A DNA stretch of 64,000 nt from Mustelus asterias. Its lineage: Eukaryota. The position numbers and the translations under genes are program-made. Location: assembly GCF_964213995.1 (NCBI RefSeq), contig NW_027590182.1, positions 558,001 through 622,000 on the forward strand, in the 5' to 3' direction. This document shows positions 23,108-35,422 of the stretch, piece by piece (positions within the stretch are counted from its first letter, which is position 1; each line of letters begins with the position of its first letter). Under the pieces are notes generated by a model that was not told the origin of the DNA, did not search any database, and saw only the letters and a list, made by a program, of their open reading frames with translations.

Positions 23108-24055
23108 CGACAGAGAGACGTTGAGAGCTGTTAGTTTTTCAAGTTATCCACGTTTTCAGAGCCATCACTTCATGTCCTGGTTTGTGAAGGATGGAGAAGT
23201 TAAAGTTCAGCTTTCCTCCTTTTGCTGTTGATCCATACTTTGCTTTTTTATCTTTCTAACTTGTTACATTTTTAATGGTTCATAAACTTTCTGAATTCAC
23301 CGTTTAAAATATCCTTTCTTGCCATATGGTTAAGTCACTGGAACCTGGTGTGATTTATGATTAGAACAAAGAACAGTACAGCACAGGAAACAGGCCCTTC
23401 GGCCCTCCAAGCTTGTGCCGCTCCTTGGTCCAACTAGACCAATCATTTGTATCCCTCCATTCCCAGGCTGCTCATGTGAGGTTATTGTAAACAAGAGAAC
23501 CCCCATAAATCTTAGTTCAAACAAATCAAAGTTCTTATAAATGGAATGTTATCCTTTATTCTGAGAGAAATTGAACATAGAAGTAAAGATGTTATGCTCC
23601 AGTTGTGCAGGGTGTTGCTGAGATTGCACCTTGAACACAGGGTACAATTTTGTCTCCTATTAAACAAAGGATATAAATGCATTGGAAGCAGTTCAGAGGA
23701 GGTTCACAAGATTGATTCCCAATCCAGTAGTGTGAAACATTAACACTGTTTCTCTCTCCACAGATGCTGCAAGACGTGTTGTGTTTTTCCAGTTCTTTCT
23801 GTATTTATTTTAGATCTACCTGTCGTGGTCGGAAAAACACTATTTACTATCCAGGATAAAATAAATATCATTTCAGTGAAATGTGCTCTCCCAGGCTCAA
23901 AGAGCATCAGCGAACTAGAAGTAAAGTCGTGAGTCCAGCCAGTCCAACAGAAAGAAACCCTCCGACCCTCCCACTTCACCAACTGTCAGAATGAACATGG
24001 TTCAGTCCTGGATGTGATTAACAGCAGCAAGAACAGCAGAATCCAACCCCTGTCA

Positions 24056-25521
24056 TCATTTGTGAACTCGCTGGTGTTCCCGCAGGCTGGATGACTGAGT
24101 GAATCCTTTCCCACACACACAGCAGGTGAACGGTCTCTCCCCAGTGTGAACTCGCTGGTGTTCCCGCAGGCTGGATGACTGAGTGAATCCCTTCCCACAC
24201 ACACAGCAGGTGAACGGTCTCTCCCCAGTGTGAACTCCCTGGTGTTCCCGTAGGTGGGATGACGTTCTAAATCTCTTTGTGCAGTGAGAGCAGCTGAACG
24301 GTCTCTCCTCAGTGTGAATGCACTGGTGGATCATCACATCCCGAGAACTTTTGAAACCACTTTCACAATCCGAGCATTTAAAGGGTGTCTCATTGATGTG
24401 AGTGAGATTGTGGTTCAGTGTTGGGGCCACAGCTGTTCTCTTTATATATTAACGATCTAGATGACGGGACTGGGAGCATTCTGGCCAAGTTTGCCGATGA
24501 TACAAAGATAGGTGGAGGGGCAGGTAGTATTGAGGAGGTGGGGAGGCTGCAGAAAGATTTAGACAGTTTAGGAGAGTGGTCCAAGAAGTGGCTGATGAAA
24601 TTCAACGTGGGCAAGTGCGAGGCCGTACACTTTGGAAAAAAGAATAGAGGCATGGACTATTTTCTAAACGGTGACAAAATTCATAATGCTAAAGTGCAAA
24701 GGGACTTGGGAGTCCTAGTCCAGGATTCTCTAAAGGTAAACTTGCAGGTTGAGTCCGTAATTAGGAAAGCAAATGTAATGTTGTCATTTATCTCAAGAGG
24801 CTTGGAATACAAAAGCAGGGATGTACTTCTGAGGCTTTATAAAGCACTGGTTAGGCCCCATTTGGAGTACTGTGAGCAATTTTGGGCCCCACACCTCAGG
24901 AAGGACATACTGGCACTGGAGCGGGTCCAGCGGAGATTCACACGGATGATCCCAGGAATGGTAGGCCTGACATACGATGAACGTCTGAGGATCGTGGGAT
25001 TATATTCATTGGAGTTTAGGAGGTTGAGGGGAGATCTGATAGAAACTTACAAGATAATGAACGGCTTAGATAGGATGGACGTAGGGAAGTTGTTTCCATT
25101 AACAGGGGAGACTAGGACGCGGGGGCACAGCCTTAGAATAAAAGGGAGTCACTTTAGAACAGAGATGAGGAGAAATTTCTTCAGCCAGAGAGTGGTGGGT
25201 CTGTGGAATTCATTGCCACAGAGGGCTGTGGAGGCCGAGACGTTGAGCGTCTTCAAGACAGAAATTGATAAATTCTTGATTTCTCGAGGAATTAAGGGCT
25301 AAGGGCTATGGGGAGAGAGCGGGTAAATGGAGTTGAAATCAACCATGATTGAATGGTGGAGTGGACTCGATGGGCCGAATGGCCTTACTTCCGCTCCTAT
25401 GTCTTATGTCTTATGGTCTTATGAATGGCCTCTCCCCGGTGTGACTGCGTCGATGGATTTCCAGGTCACAGGGGGCTCTGTATCTCTTCCCACAGTCCCC
25501 ACATTTCCACCGTTTCTCCAT
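24056..25521 (-). pseudogene. C2H2 ZNF pseudogene G4 disrupted by CR1 insertion
   Basis: [10 protein letters not shown]...HTGERPF at 25521-25423; remaining fingers at 24056-24418. Confidence 0.9.
24412..25422 (+). mobile_element. 5'-truncated CR1 (distinct subfamily) inside G4
   Basis: Open 294-aa RT C-terminus (GPQLF...FADD...HLEYCEQFW); (TATGTCT)n tail. Confidence 0.95.
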
Positions 25522-26092
25522 GGTGCGGGTGTCCTTGTCACTCTCCAGGTTAAACAGTCAGTTAAATCTCACACAGAACACGGGTAGTCTCGCCGCGCTG
25601 TGAATGTCACCGGTTAAAGCTCTTTCCACACTCAGTGCACTGGAACACTCTCACTCAGGTGTGTGTGTGTCAGTGCTTTTCCAGTCACACTGATGTTTAA
25701 AGTCTTCTAAAGCAGGCAGAGCAGAGAAACATTTCTCCTTCGAGATTCAAAGGTCGATGATATTGAGGTCCCGATGAATTGAGTGACTCTGTCAGATGTT
25801 AACGTGACGTTTGTTTCAAAATTTCATTCTGTAAATCCTCACCTTCTGATAACCTGTAAATGAGTTTGAAAAAGTCATCAGTGTCAGTACAGGATAGAAA
25901 TTCAGAACAGACAATTCAAGTTCCTATGGAACATTCTTTCCTCTCTCATTCCCCAAAAGCTGTAAATCTCCATCCCACACACTCTCCCTCCATTCTCACT
26001 CTGCTGTATCTAATATTCACCCTCCCAATTCTCCTGAAGGTGCTGATTGAGGCTGATTGACAGATTCATGCTCACTGCTTCCTTCCTGGACA

Positions 26093-26508
26093 CAGTAAGA
26101 AGTCTCACAACACCAGGTTAAAGTCCAACAGGTTTATTTGGTAGCAAAAGCCACTAGCTTTCGGAGTGCTGCCCCTTCATCAGGTGACTGGGTGTTCAGT
26201 TCACAAACAGGGCATATAAAGACACAAACTCAATTTACAAAATAATGTTTGGAATGTGAGTCTTTACAGGTAATCAAGTCTTAAAGGTACAGACAAAGTG
26301 AGCAGAGAGAGGGTTAAGCACAGGTTGAAGAGATGTGTATTGTCTCCAGCCAGGACAGTTAGTGAGATTTTGCAAGCCCAGGCAAGTCGTGGGGTTACAG
26401 ACAGTGTGACATGAATCCAAGATCCCGGTTGAGGCCGTCCTCATGTGTGCGGAACTTGGCTATCAGTCTCTGCTTAGCGACTCTGCGCTGTCGTGTGTCG
26501 TGAAGGCC
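26093..26508 (-). mobile_element. Penelope-like element 3' fragment inserted at G4 mini-exon
   Basis: Encodes GIY-YIG-like C-terminus (LIAKFRTHEDGLNRDLGFMSH) plus PLE terminus. Confidence 0.8.
26151..26191 (-). ncRNA. Minimal type I hammerhead ribozyme (intact core)
   Basis: CAC-CUGAUGA-A-GGGG(CAGCA)CUCC-GAAA-GC-UA-GUG. Confidence 0.75.
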
Positions 26509-27477
26509 TCCATGCAGAATGCCAGCCTAACAGAAATATCACTATATTCCTCAACTAAAAATGTTTTAAATGGATTGTTTCAGTGAGTGAAGATACAGGG
26601 GGTTGTGACTGATGATGATATTGAACTTGCTGCCAACGTGGGTGATCATAGAGTTCTACAGCATGGAAAGAGGCCCTTCGGCCCATCATGTTTGTGCCGG
26701 CCATCAAGCACCATTCTATTCTCATCCCTTTCCACACTTGGTGCGTAACCTTGTATGCTATGGAATTTCAAGAGCTTATCTAAATTCTTCTTAAATGTTG
26801 TGAAGGTTCCCACCTCTACCACCCTTTCAGGCAGTGAGTTCCAGATTCCCACCACCCTCTGGGTGAAAACATTTTCCCTCACATCTCCTGTAAACCTCCT
26901 GCCCCTGAGCTTTAATCCAGGCCCCTGGTTATTGACCCCTCGACTGAAGAGAAAAGTTCCTTCCTATCCCCCTATCTTTGCCCCTCAGAATTTTATACAC
27001 CTCAATGAGGTCCCCTTCATCCTTCTCTGCTCCAAGAAAAACAATGCCAGCTTATCCAGTCTCTCTTGATAACTGAAACACTCCAGCCCAGCCAACACCC
27101 TGGGGAGGTTCCTCTGCACCCTCTCCAGTGCAATTACATCCTTCTTATAGTGTGGCGACCAGAACTGCACACAGTACTCCAGCTGTGGCCTCACAAGCAT
27201 TTTATACAGCTCCATCATAACCTCCCTGCTCTTATATTCAATGCCTCGGTAATAAAGGCAAGTATCCCATGTGCCTTCTGAACCACATTGTGTCCCTGTC
27301 CTGCTGTCTTCAGGGATCTATGACATGCACACCAAGGTCCCTCTGAACTTCTGTACTTCCTCGGATCTGACCATTTATTGTGCATTACCTTGTTAGTCTT
27401 CCCAAAATGCATTACCTCAAACTTTTCAGGTCTGAATTCATTTTGCCACTGTTCTGCCCATCGAATTAAAGTTTTAA

Positions 27478-27733
27478 AGTTCATTTATTAGTGTCACAAG
27501 TAGGCTAACATGAACACTGCAATGAAGTCACTGTGAAAATCTGTTCGGATACACTGAGGGAGAATTTAGCATGGCCAATGCACCTAACCTAAAGCACGTC
27601 TTTTGGATTGTGGGAGGAAACCGGAGAATCCAGAGGAAACCAAGCAGACACGGGAAGAAAGAGAGAGAGTGACACAAACCGGGAATCAAACCCAGGTCTC
27701 TGGTTGTGTGATGCAGCAGTGCCACCGTGCCGC
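27478..27733 (-). mobile_element. V-SINE variant nested in CR1
   Basis: Same tail as 22822-23107; about 35 bp of the head is duplicated at 27746-27781. Confidence 0.7.
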
Positions 27734-28386
27734 CTCGTCGATATCAAACACAGGTCTCTGGTTGTGTGATGCAGCAGTGCTGCCCCGCCGATATCATCCT
27801 GTAATCTAAGGCTTTGCTCTTTGATATTTACCACATCACCAATTTTGTCCCATCTGTAAACCTACTGATCATACCTCCTACATTCACATCCAGATCATTA
27901 ACTTACACTAAAAACAAGGGACCCAGCGCTAATCGTGCGGAACACCACTGGACACAGACAGCTCATCAGAAAAACAGCATTCGACCATCCCCCTCTGACT
28001 CCTGCCACTTTTGGATCCAGTTTAGCAAATTACCCTGGATCCCATGGGACCTTCTTCATCAGCCTCCCATGCGGGACCTTGTCAAAAGCCTTACTGAAGT
28101 TCATGTAGACTACATCAACTGCACTCCCCTCATCTACACACCTCCTCGAAAAGTTCAACCAAATTTGTAAGACATGATCTTCCTTTGCCAAAATCATGCT
28201 GACTATCCTTGATTAATCCTTACTCCCCAAGTGGAAAGTAATCTCTCCCTCAGAATTTTTTGCAATACTTTCCCTATTGCTGAAGTTGGACTCACTGGCC
28301 TGTAGTTTGCTGTTTTTTCCCCGACTTCCCTTCTTGACTAATGGTACCATATCAGCTGTCCTCCATTCCCCTGGCACCTCTCCTGT

Positions 28387-28558
28387 TGTGGAGATGCCGG
28401 CATTGGACTGGGGTAAACACAGTAAGGAGTCTAACAACACCAGGTTAAAGTCAGAGATCTCCCACTCACCCGACGAAGGAGGAGCGCTCCGAAAGCTAGT
28501 GGCGTTTGCTACCAAATAAACCTGCAGGACTTTAACCTGGTGTTAGACTCCTTACTGT
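28387..28558 (+). mobile_element. 172-bp PLE mini-insert with inverted termini and hammerhead (U4 to C)
   Basis: 11-bp TSD ACCTCTCCTGT (28376-28386 and 28559-28569); CCGACGA-A-GGAG...CTCC-GAAAGCTA. Confidence 0.8.
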
Positions 28559-28748
28559 ACCTCTCCTGTGGCCAGAGAAGATTTGAAAATTATTGTCAGA
28601 GTCGCTGCAATCTCCTCCCTTGCCTCCCACAGCAGCCTAGGATATATCTCATCTGGAGCTGGGGATTTATACAATTTTAGGCCCCGTTGAAACTGTTAAT
28701 ACCTCCCTCTCAATGTTAAGTTGTTGAAGCCTCTCTCTGCTTTCTATA

Positions 28749-28840
28749 TGACTCACCTGATGAAGGTGCAGCGCTCCAAAAGCTCATGATTCCAAATAAA
28801 CCTGTTGGACTTTACCCTGGTGTTGTGAGACTTCTTACTG
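28749..28840 (+). mobile_element. PLE 3' terminus mini-insert with hammerhead (GAAA to AAAA)
   Basis: 11-bp TSD TGCTTTCTATA (28738-28748 and 28841-28851). Confidence 0.8.
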
Positions 28841-29009
28841 TGCTTTCTATACCAACATCACCCTCCCCCATAGTGAATACAGATGCAAAGTATTCATTTA
28901 AAACCTTACCAATGTCTCCCAGCTCCTCATACAAATTACCACATTGCTCCCTAATGGACCCTATTCTTTCCCTGGTCACCTCCTACCCTTCACATGATGA
29001 AAGAACACC

Positions 29010-29545
29010 TTTGGATTTCCTCCCAGATGTTGCACAGAGAAGGAGGTTTTGGTCTGAAGCTCATCGGCCAACTTCCGTATTCACACAATGCAGGACATGT
29101 GATTGGCTGGAGGACCAGAGTTCTTCCGGTCCTCCCCTCTTCCCATTGGTCAACACGTCAGCATGCCGGTAAGGGGATGGGCTTCACCGCACATGCGCAG
29201 CGTCCCCTCTCCCTTGGACATGCGCAATCCCGGGCCGGGGGGGGAAGGGGGACGGGGAGATCACCGAGCGGCTTCTCGCTCTGGCCGGAGCCATCAGCCG
29301 GTTGCCTGGAAACCTTGGCTCGAGGAGGTGTAGGGGGAGGGGGAACAATGGGTGGGGGCGGGGCTCCCGTGTCCGCGCGGCGGAGATCCCACCCCCTGAC
29401 CGTCACGCTAAGGTAATGGCCAATGGGAAGAGTTGGAGGATCGGAACGACGCTGGTCTTCCAGCCAATCAGAGCGCGGGCTTTGTGTTAATAAAGATTGA
29501 GCTTCAGACAGACTGAAACTTCCTCCTGTCGGCAACATCTGTGAG
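29010..29545. promoter_or_regulatory. Bidirectional CpG-island promoter for G4 (-) and G5 (+)
   Basis: Two inverted CCAAT/dyad modules, GCACATGCGCA, GGGGCGGG; G5 exon-1 donor CATCT|GTGAGT at 29541. Confidence 0.8.
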
Positions 29546-29808
29546 TAAAACACTTTCTCTTCTCCCCCTTTCCATTTCTTTTCTCATTCTGGGGGAAATT
29601 GGGGACTTGCAGCAACTGAAGGGAAAGGAAGTGAATCCAGGGAGGCTGCAGAGTCTAGACAGGTTGGCCCAGGTCTCTCTCTCTCTCTTAAAGACATTGA
29701 CATCCTTTGCTCCCTCAGCTTGAGACATTTATTTGTCTGGCTAAAAGGATGGTCTCTTTCCTAATGTTCACAATTAAAGGGTTTGTTTCCCAGGAGATGG
29801 CTGACATT

Positions 29809-29895
29809 ACGAAGGAGCAGCGCTCCGAAAGCTTGTGTGGCTTTTGCTGCCAAATAAACCTGTTGGACTTTAACCTGGTGTTGTGAGACTTCTTA
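29809..29895 (+). mobile_element. PLE 3' terminus mini-insert truncated within the hammerhead core
   Basis: 8-bp TSD CTGACATT; empty paralogous site at 43910-43927 (reverse strand). Confidence 0.85.
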
Positions 29896-31054
29896 CTGAC
29901 ATTTAAGAGGACAGTAAATTAATATAGGATAGAGACATGTCGAGTGTTGTTATATGATATAGATTAGATATATTATTTATGACTCTGAAATAATATACAT
30001 TTATTATTATTTATAGTCTTGTACTATAGAAACGTAGCTACGTTATATATTTCCAGTCATCTCCTCAGGCAATTGTTATTCTTGAATTTCCTTTCCACAG
30101 GGATCATTGCAGGCTAAGAATCATTAAATATCTTCCAGGATGAGTTAGACTGATTTTTGACTGACAAGACTGTCAAGGCTTATGGGGAACATATGGGGAA
30201 ATGGAGAGAAAGCTAAGATGACGAGGGATTTCCTCATTCAAGTATGTGGTGAAGCTTTGGAATTCTCTACCCTGGCGGCCTGTGGAGCCTCAGTCATCAA
30301 GAATTTTCAGGAGAGAGAGAGAGAGAGAGCGATTGGTTTCTAGATATTGAAGAAATCAAGGGAGATGGGTTTAGTGATGGGAGAATGATGCTGAGGTAGA
30401 TGAGCCAATGATCTCACGGACTGGTTTAAAAGGCTCGATAGACCAATTGGCCAATCGCAGTTCCAATTTGTTATTATTTCTGTGCTGGACAGGAAGTAGT
30501 GAGCATGGATCTGCCAATCAACTTCAATCAGCACCTTCAGGAGAATTGGGAGGGTGAATATTAGATACAGCAGAGTGAGAATGGAGGGAGAGTGTGTGGG
30601 ATGGAGATTTAGAGCTTTTGGGGAATGAGAGAGGAAAGAATGTTCCATAGAAACTAGAACTGTCTGTTCTGAATTTCTATCCTGTACTGACAGTGATGAC
30701 GTTTGCAAACTTGTTTTACAGGATATTGAAAGAGGAATCACATGCAGAAATCTCAATCGTCACATCTAGATCTGACAGAGTCATATTCCTTGGGACCTGA
30801 ATATCATCAGCTTTTGAATCCAGAAGGACAAATGATTGTCTGGTCTGTCGATTTGAAAGGATTTTAAATGTCAGTTTGACTGGAAAAGGACCAACACACT
30901 GCCACAATCAAATGAGAGTGTTCAAGTGCATTGACTAAAGAGCTGAATACAGATCGCACCATTAACAGTGGGGAGAGACTGCACTTGTGTTGTGTGTGTG
31001 TTAACGAGGCTTCAACTGATTGTCCACCAAAGAGAGAGGCAAGGACACTGCACC

Positions 31055-32233
31055 ATGGAGAAACCATGGAAATGTGGGGACTGTGGGAAGAGATACAGAT
31101 ACCCATCAGAACTGGAAGTTCATTGGCGCAGTCACACTGGAGAGAGGCCATTCACCTGCTCTCAATGTGGCAAGGGATTCAGTGAAATATCCCACCTGCG
31201 GACACACCAGCGAGTTCACACTGGGGAGAGGCCGTTCGCCTGCTCTCAGTGTGGGAAGGGATTCAGTCAGTTATCCGAGCAGCGGACACACCAGCGAGTT
31301 CACACTGGGGACAGACCATTCACCTGCTCACAGTGTGGGAAGGGATTCACTCATTCATCCAACCTGTGGAAGCACCAGCGAGTTCACACTGGGGAGAGGC
31401 CGTTCACCTGCTCTCACTGTGGGAAGGGATTCAGTGATTCATCCAACCTGCGGGCACACCAGGGAGTTCACACTGGGGAGAGGCCGTTCACCTGCTCTCA
31501 GTGTGGGAAGGGATTCAGTGAATCTTCCCGCATGAGGAGACACCAGGGAGTTCACACTGGGGAGAGGCCGTTCACCTGCTCTCAGTGTGGCAAGGGATTC
31601 AATGAAACATCCCACCTGCGGAGACACCAGCGAGTTCACACTGGGGAGAGGCCGTTCACTTGCTCTCAGTGTGGGAAGGGATTCACTCAATTATCCCACC
31701 TGCAGACACACCAGCGAGTTCACACTGGGGAGAAGCCGTTCACCTGCTCTCAGTGTGGGAAGGGATTCAGTCAGTTGTCCAGCCTGCAGACACACCAGCG
31801 AGTTCACACTGGGGATAGGCCATTCACCTGCTCCCAGTGTGGGGAGGAATTCACTAATTTATCCAGCCTGCAGATACACCAGCGAGTTCACACTGGGGAG
31901 AGACCATTCACCTGCTCTCAGTGTGCGAAGGGATTCAGTCAGTTATCCAACCTGCGGAAACACCAGCGGGTTCACACTGGAGAGAGACCATTCACTTGCT
32001 CTCAGTGTGGGAAGGGATTCAGTCAGTTATCCACCCTGCAGACACACCAGCGAGTTCACACTGGGGAGAGACCATTCACCTGCTCTCAGTGTGGGAAGGG
32101 ATTCACTCATTCATCCAACCTGCGGAAGCACCAGCGAGTTCACACTGGGGAGAGACCATTCACCTGCTCTCAGTGTGCGAAGGGATTCAGAGTTTCATCC
32201 CAGCTGCTGAGACACCAACAAGTTCATGAGTGA
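31055..32233 (+). CDS. C2H2 zinc-finger protein, 14 fingers (unit G5)
   Basis: CACCATGG at 31055, 392 aa; upstream mini-exon about 30485-30553 and intron 30554-30721. Confidence 0.9.
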   Translation: MEKPWKCGDCGKRYRYPSELEVHWRSHTGERPFTCSQCGKGFSEISHLRTHQRVHTGERPFACSQCGKGFSQLSEQRTHQRVHTGDRPFTCSQCGKGFTHSSNLWKHQRVHTGERPFTCSHCGKGFSDSSNLRAHQGVHTGERPFTCSQCGKGFSESSRMRRHQGVHTGERPFTCSQCGKGFNETSHLRRHQRVHTGERPFTCSQCGKGFTQLSHLQTHQRVHTGEKPFTCSQCGKGFSQLSSLQTHQRVHTGDRPFTCSQCGEEFTNLSSLQIHQRVHTGERPFTCSQCAKGFSQLSNLRKHQRVHTGERPFTCSQCGKGFSQLSTLQTHQRVHTGERPFTCSQCGKGFTHSSNLRKHQRVHTGERPFTCSQCAKGFRVSSQLLRHQQVHE

Positions 32234-33045
32234 TTCCAGGGTTGGATTCTGCTGTTATTGTTTCTGCTCTCAATTACATCCAGGACTGCATTTTGTTCAT
32301 TCTCACAGTTGGTCAATGGGGAGGGTCGGAGGGTTTCTTTCTGCTGGACTGGCCGGTCTCACGACTTTGCCTCCAGTGGGCTGATGCTCTTTGAGTCTTG
32401 TTGCAAATACATGGTTTCAAATTTCACAAGGATCACAGAGTGACAGGGTGTTAGGAAGTTCAGAGATAATTGGTAAGGATTTCTGTTTGGAACCTCCCCA
32501 AATGCCCATCCAATTTCCTTTGTAATTGTTTATTGTCTCCACTTCCTCCACCCTCGTAGGCAGCAAGTTCCAGGTCATTACCATTCACTGCATCAAAATA
32601 TTCTTCCTTACATCCCCCCCTGTATCTCTGATTCAAAACTTTAAATCTGTGCCCTCTTGTCCTTGTCCCATCAGCTAATGGGAACAGCTTTTCTTTGTCC
32701 ACTTTATCTAAACCTGTCAGAATCTTGTCAGGAATGTGTAGCTGGAAATCCCTCCCTAACAGCACTGTGGGTGTACTTACACCTCAGGCATTGTAGCAGT
32801 TCAGGAAGGCAGTGTTGGGGTTGACCATGGCCGAGGCAGCTACATACAGCCACATATTCTGTTATAATTGAAGGACTGCTGATTGAATGTGAGGCATTAT
32901 GGGACTGGACTATCTTGACCACATTCCTGTGACTGCTCAGTTTCTGCAATCACGGACCATTAAAGCTGCTTAGCAGAGCCCCAACAGAGGACCTGGTGAG
33001 AATATTTACTCAGAATGAGTTAGAATTAAACTGGGGAATTAAACT

Positions 33046-33366
33046 GGGGCGGCACGGTGGTACAGTGGTTAGCACTGCTGGCTCACAGCGCCAGGGACCC
33101 GGGTTCGATTCCTGGCTTGGGTCACTGTCTGTGTGGAGTCTGCACATTCTCCCCGTGTCCCAGTTTCCTCCGGGTGCCCCGGTTTCCTCCCAAAGTCCAA
33201 AGATGTGCGGGTTAGGTGGATTGGCCATGCTAAATTGCTCCTTAGTCTCAGGGGGACTAGCTAGGGTAAATGCATGGGGGATAGGGCCTGGGCGTGATTG
33301 TAGTCGGTGCAGTCTCGATGGGCCAAATGGCCTCATTCTGCACTGTAGGATTCTATGAATCTATGA
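33046..33366 (+). mobile_element. tRNA-derived SINE (HE1/V-SINE type)
   Basis: A box, GGTTCGATTCC B box, V domain, CR1-like tail; absent from the paralogous flank at about 49360. Confidence 0.9.
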
Positions 33367-33722
33367 ATAACCAGCTGATATTCCGCGGCTGAGATATCCG
33401 AATCTGTAAAAAGGGGGTCTGATCAATCAACAAACGGTGGTAAGTAGATTAAGAAACGTTCTCAGGCATTGCTGAAATTATTTTATCATAGATTTGTGAT
33501 AAGTACTGTGAGGGACTTGTGACCGATAGTCGGTGAAGTGACGGTACACTCCAAGTAGCACTGGACTGAAAAGTGGACCTCTAAGAGTGGATTCTAATCG
33601 TTATAATCTTACCCAAGCATGGCCAGTGAAAAATTCAGAGCTCGAGTAGGGACCGGACAGATTTCTTACCTGTCTTTTGGAAACTAAGAACAAGAAACCT
33701 ATCGATAAAATGATTTGAGAAT

Positions 33723-33865
33723 AGAGCCAACATTTTTAGTCTGGATGACACTTCATAGGAGCTCTCATGAAGGGTCATCCAGACTTGAAACGTTGGCTCT
33801 ATTCTCTCCCTACAGATACTGTCAGATCTGCTGGGATTTTCCAGCATTTTCTGTTTTTGTTTTAC
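33723..33865. mobile_element. Family B short repeat, inverted pair
   Basis: ctcatgaagggtcatccagacttgaaacgttggc (hammerhead-like, core mutated). Confidence 0.65.
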
Positions 33866-34227
33866 TTTTATAATAAATGATTTGGTCTGATTGGAATCCC
33901 CACGATCCTCCTGCAAGACAGAGAGAAAGTGGTGGCAAAAGGAGAAAAAGGATATGGATGATAGAGTCTGGGTTCTCATTCTCCGAGCCCATGTAGAATT
34001 AACAAAATGAGTGAACCAGTTTATAAAGAACAGAAATTACCCATCCCTAACAAAAAACTGATCAAATTAAAATAGGTTGAGGAATATAACAAAAAAATTA
34101 ATAGATGAAGTTTAAAATCAAGTTTCTTTTGTTGTTAGAGAGGGGATTTTTCACAGTAACTTCATTGCAGTGTTAATGTAAGCTTACTTGAGACTAATTA
34201 TAAACTTTAAGTTTTTTAAAGTTATTT

Positions 34228-35006
34228 TGTTAGAAGGGTTCAGGATACCTTGAGATTAAAAACTAATAAAGGCTATTGAAACAGGGTGGACTGACTTAGA
34301 CTAATGTAGAATAAGGACCACAACGTGCCTTATTTATATTATACAAAGGTACTGTCTGCATAGAGACACATATAACCACTGGTATCGAATTTAAACATGT
34401 ATTTCAGATTTAAATATGGACTTTTTGTACTAAAATGTATACCTTGGCCAAACTGCAGACTGACCTAAAGCATAATGGGATAAAAGCTGAGTGAGACAGG
34501 CCACATTCTGTCAGAACAGTGAAGCCACAGAGCACAGTTTTTATCAGTATGAGTTATAAGGGATGGCTCAGCAGACAGTGGAAAGGAACTTTTGAACCCT
34601 ATAAGCTATGTAATAGAAGTTGCTGAGAGTCAGTTAGGAAGCAACCTTTGAACCCTATGGACCTACGTAAGTGAAAGTTGCAAAGTAACAGTGGGCAGGA
34701 ACTTTCAGATTCTACAGACCACTGAATTCCCATTCTTCCAGAAGATAGGATGTTATTGGCCAAGGTAAATATTGTGCACGAACATGATTGGAGCATCCAG
34801 TTAGGATGACAGAGTGGGCGGGTGAAATGAACTTTCAAAATAGTATAACTACACGGCCAATGTATTGTAACTTTAGAAAGGAGTTGGACTGCCCAGCTGC
34901 CTTTCTCCCAGCGCGTGTTGGTCAATAAAGAATGTCTTTAACCAGTATACTGTCTTTTGCAAATCTTTGTATTAACTGAGTTCAGCTCAATACTTCGCCC
35001 CCATCA
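34228..35006 (+). mobile_element. Solo LTR
   Basis: TG...CA ends, AATAAA at 34924, 5-bp TSD TATTT/TATGT, empty paralogous site at about 16955. Confidence 0.75.
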
Positions 35007-35422
35007 TATGTAAAGTGAAGTAATTGTGGGCCAAGTTTTTTCTGCTCACTCCCGACCCCTTTAGGTTCTGTAGAAAAGTTAACCCTTTCAGCAGACAGTC
35101 CATTTGTTTGTAAATCACCTGGAAACTCATGTGTCTATTTTAGTTTTTGATTGAGGATTTATGGGAACCAGTTAAATGTGGAAATTTTATGTGGAGCCTG
35201 GAGGAATTTGGAAGAACTGTGAGGATTTTATCGTGTTGTCACCACAACCCCAGATAAAGAACAAAGATTTTGCAGCTGGCAACATGTTTGGGATTTTAAA
35301 TCAACAAAGACTAGATGTTTCCTATAAAATCAGGCTTTGGAAGTTGGCTAAAAAAAGTTTAAGTTATAATGAAGGGGAATTAAGGATCTTGTATCTTATT
35401 TTAATCAAGGAGTTGTGAGCTT

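Larger units (their letters stand above)
26646..28990 (-). mobile_element. Decayed CR1 LINE with nested SINE and PLE termini
   Basis: Broken ORF2 fragments (QLEYCVQFWSPHY; VPLVKKG). Confidence 0.85.

Noticed and set aside
30554-30721. snoRNA within the conserved intron
   Set aside because: The TGATGA-like motif is at the 3' end near the branch point with no downstream D box; no H/ACA arrangement is evident.
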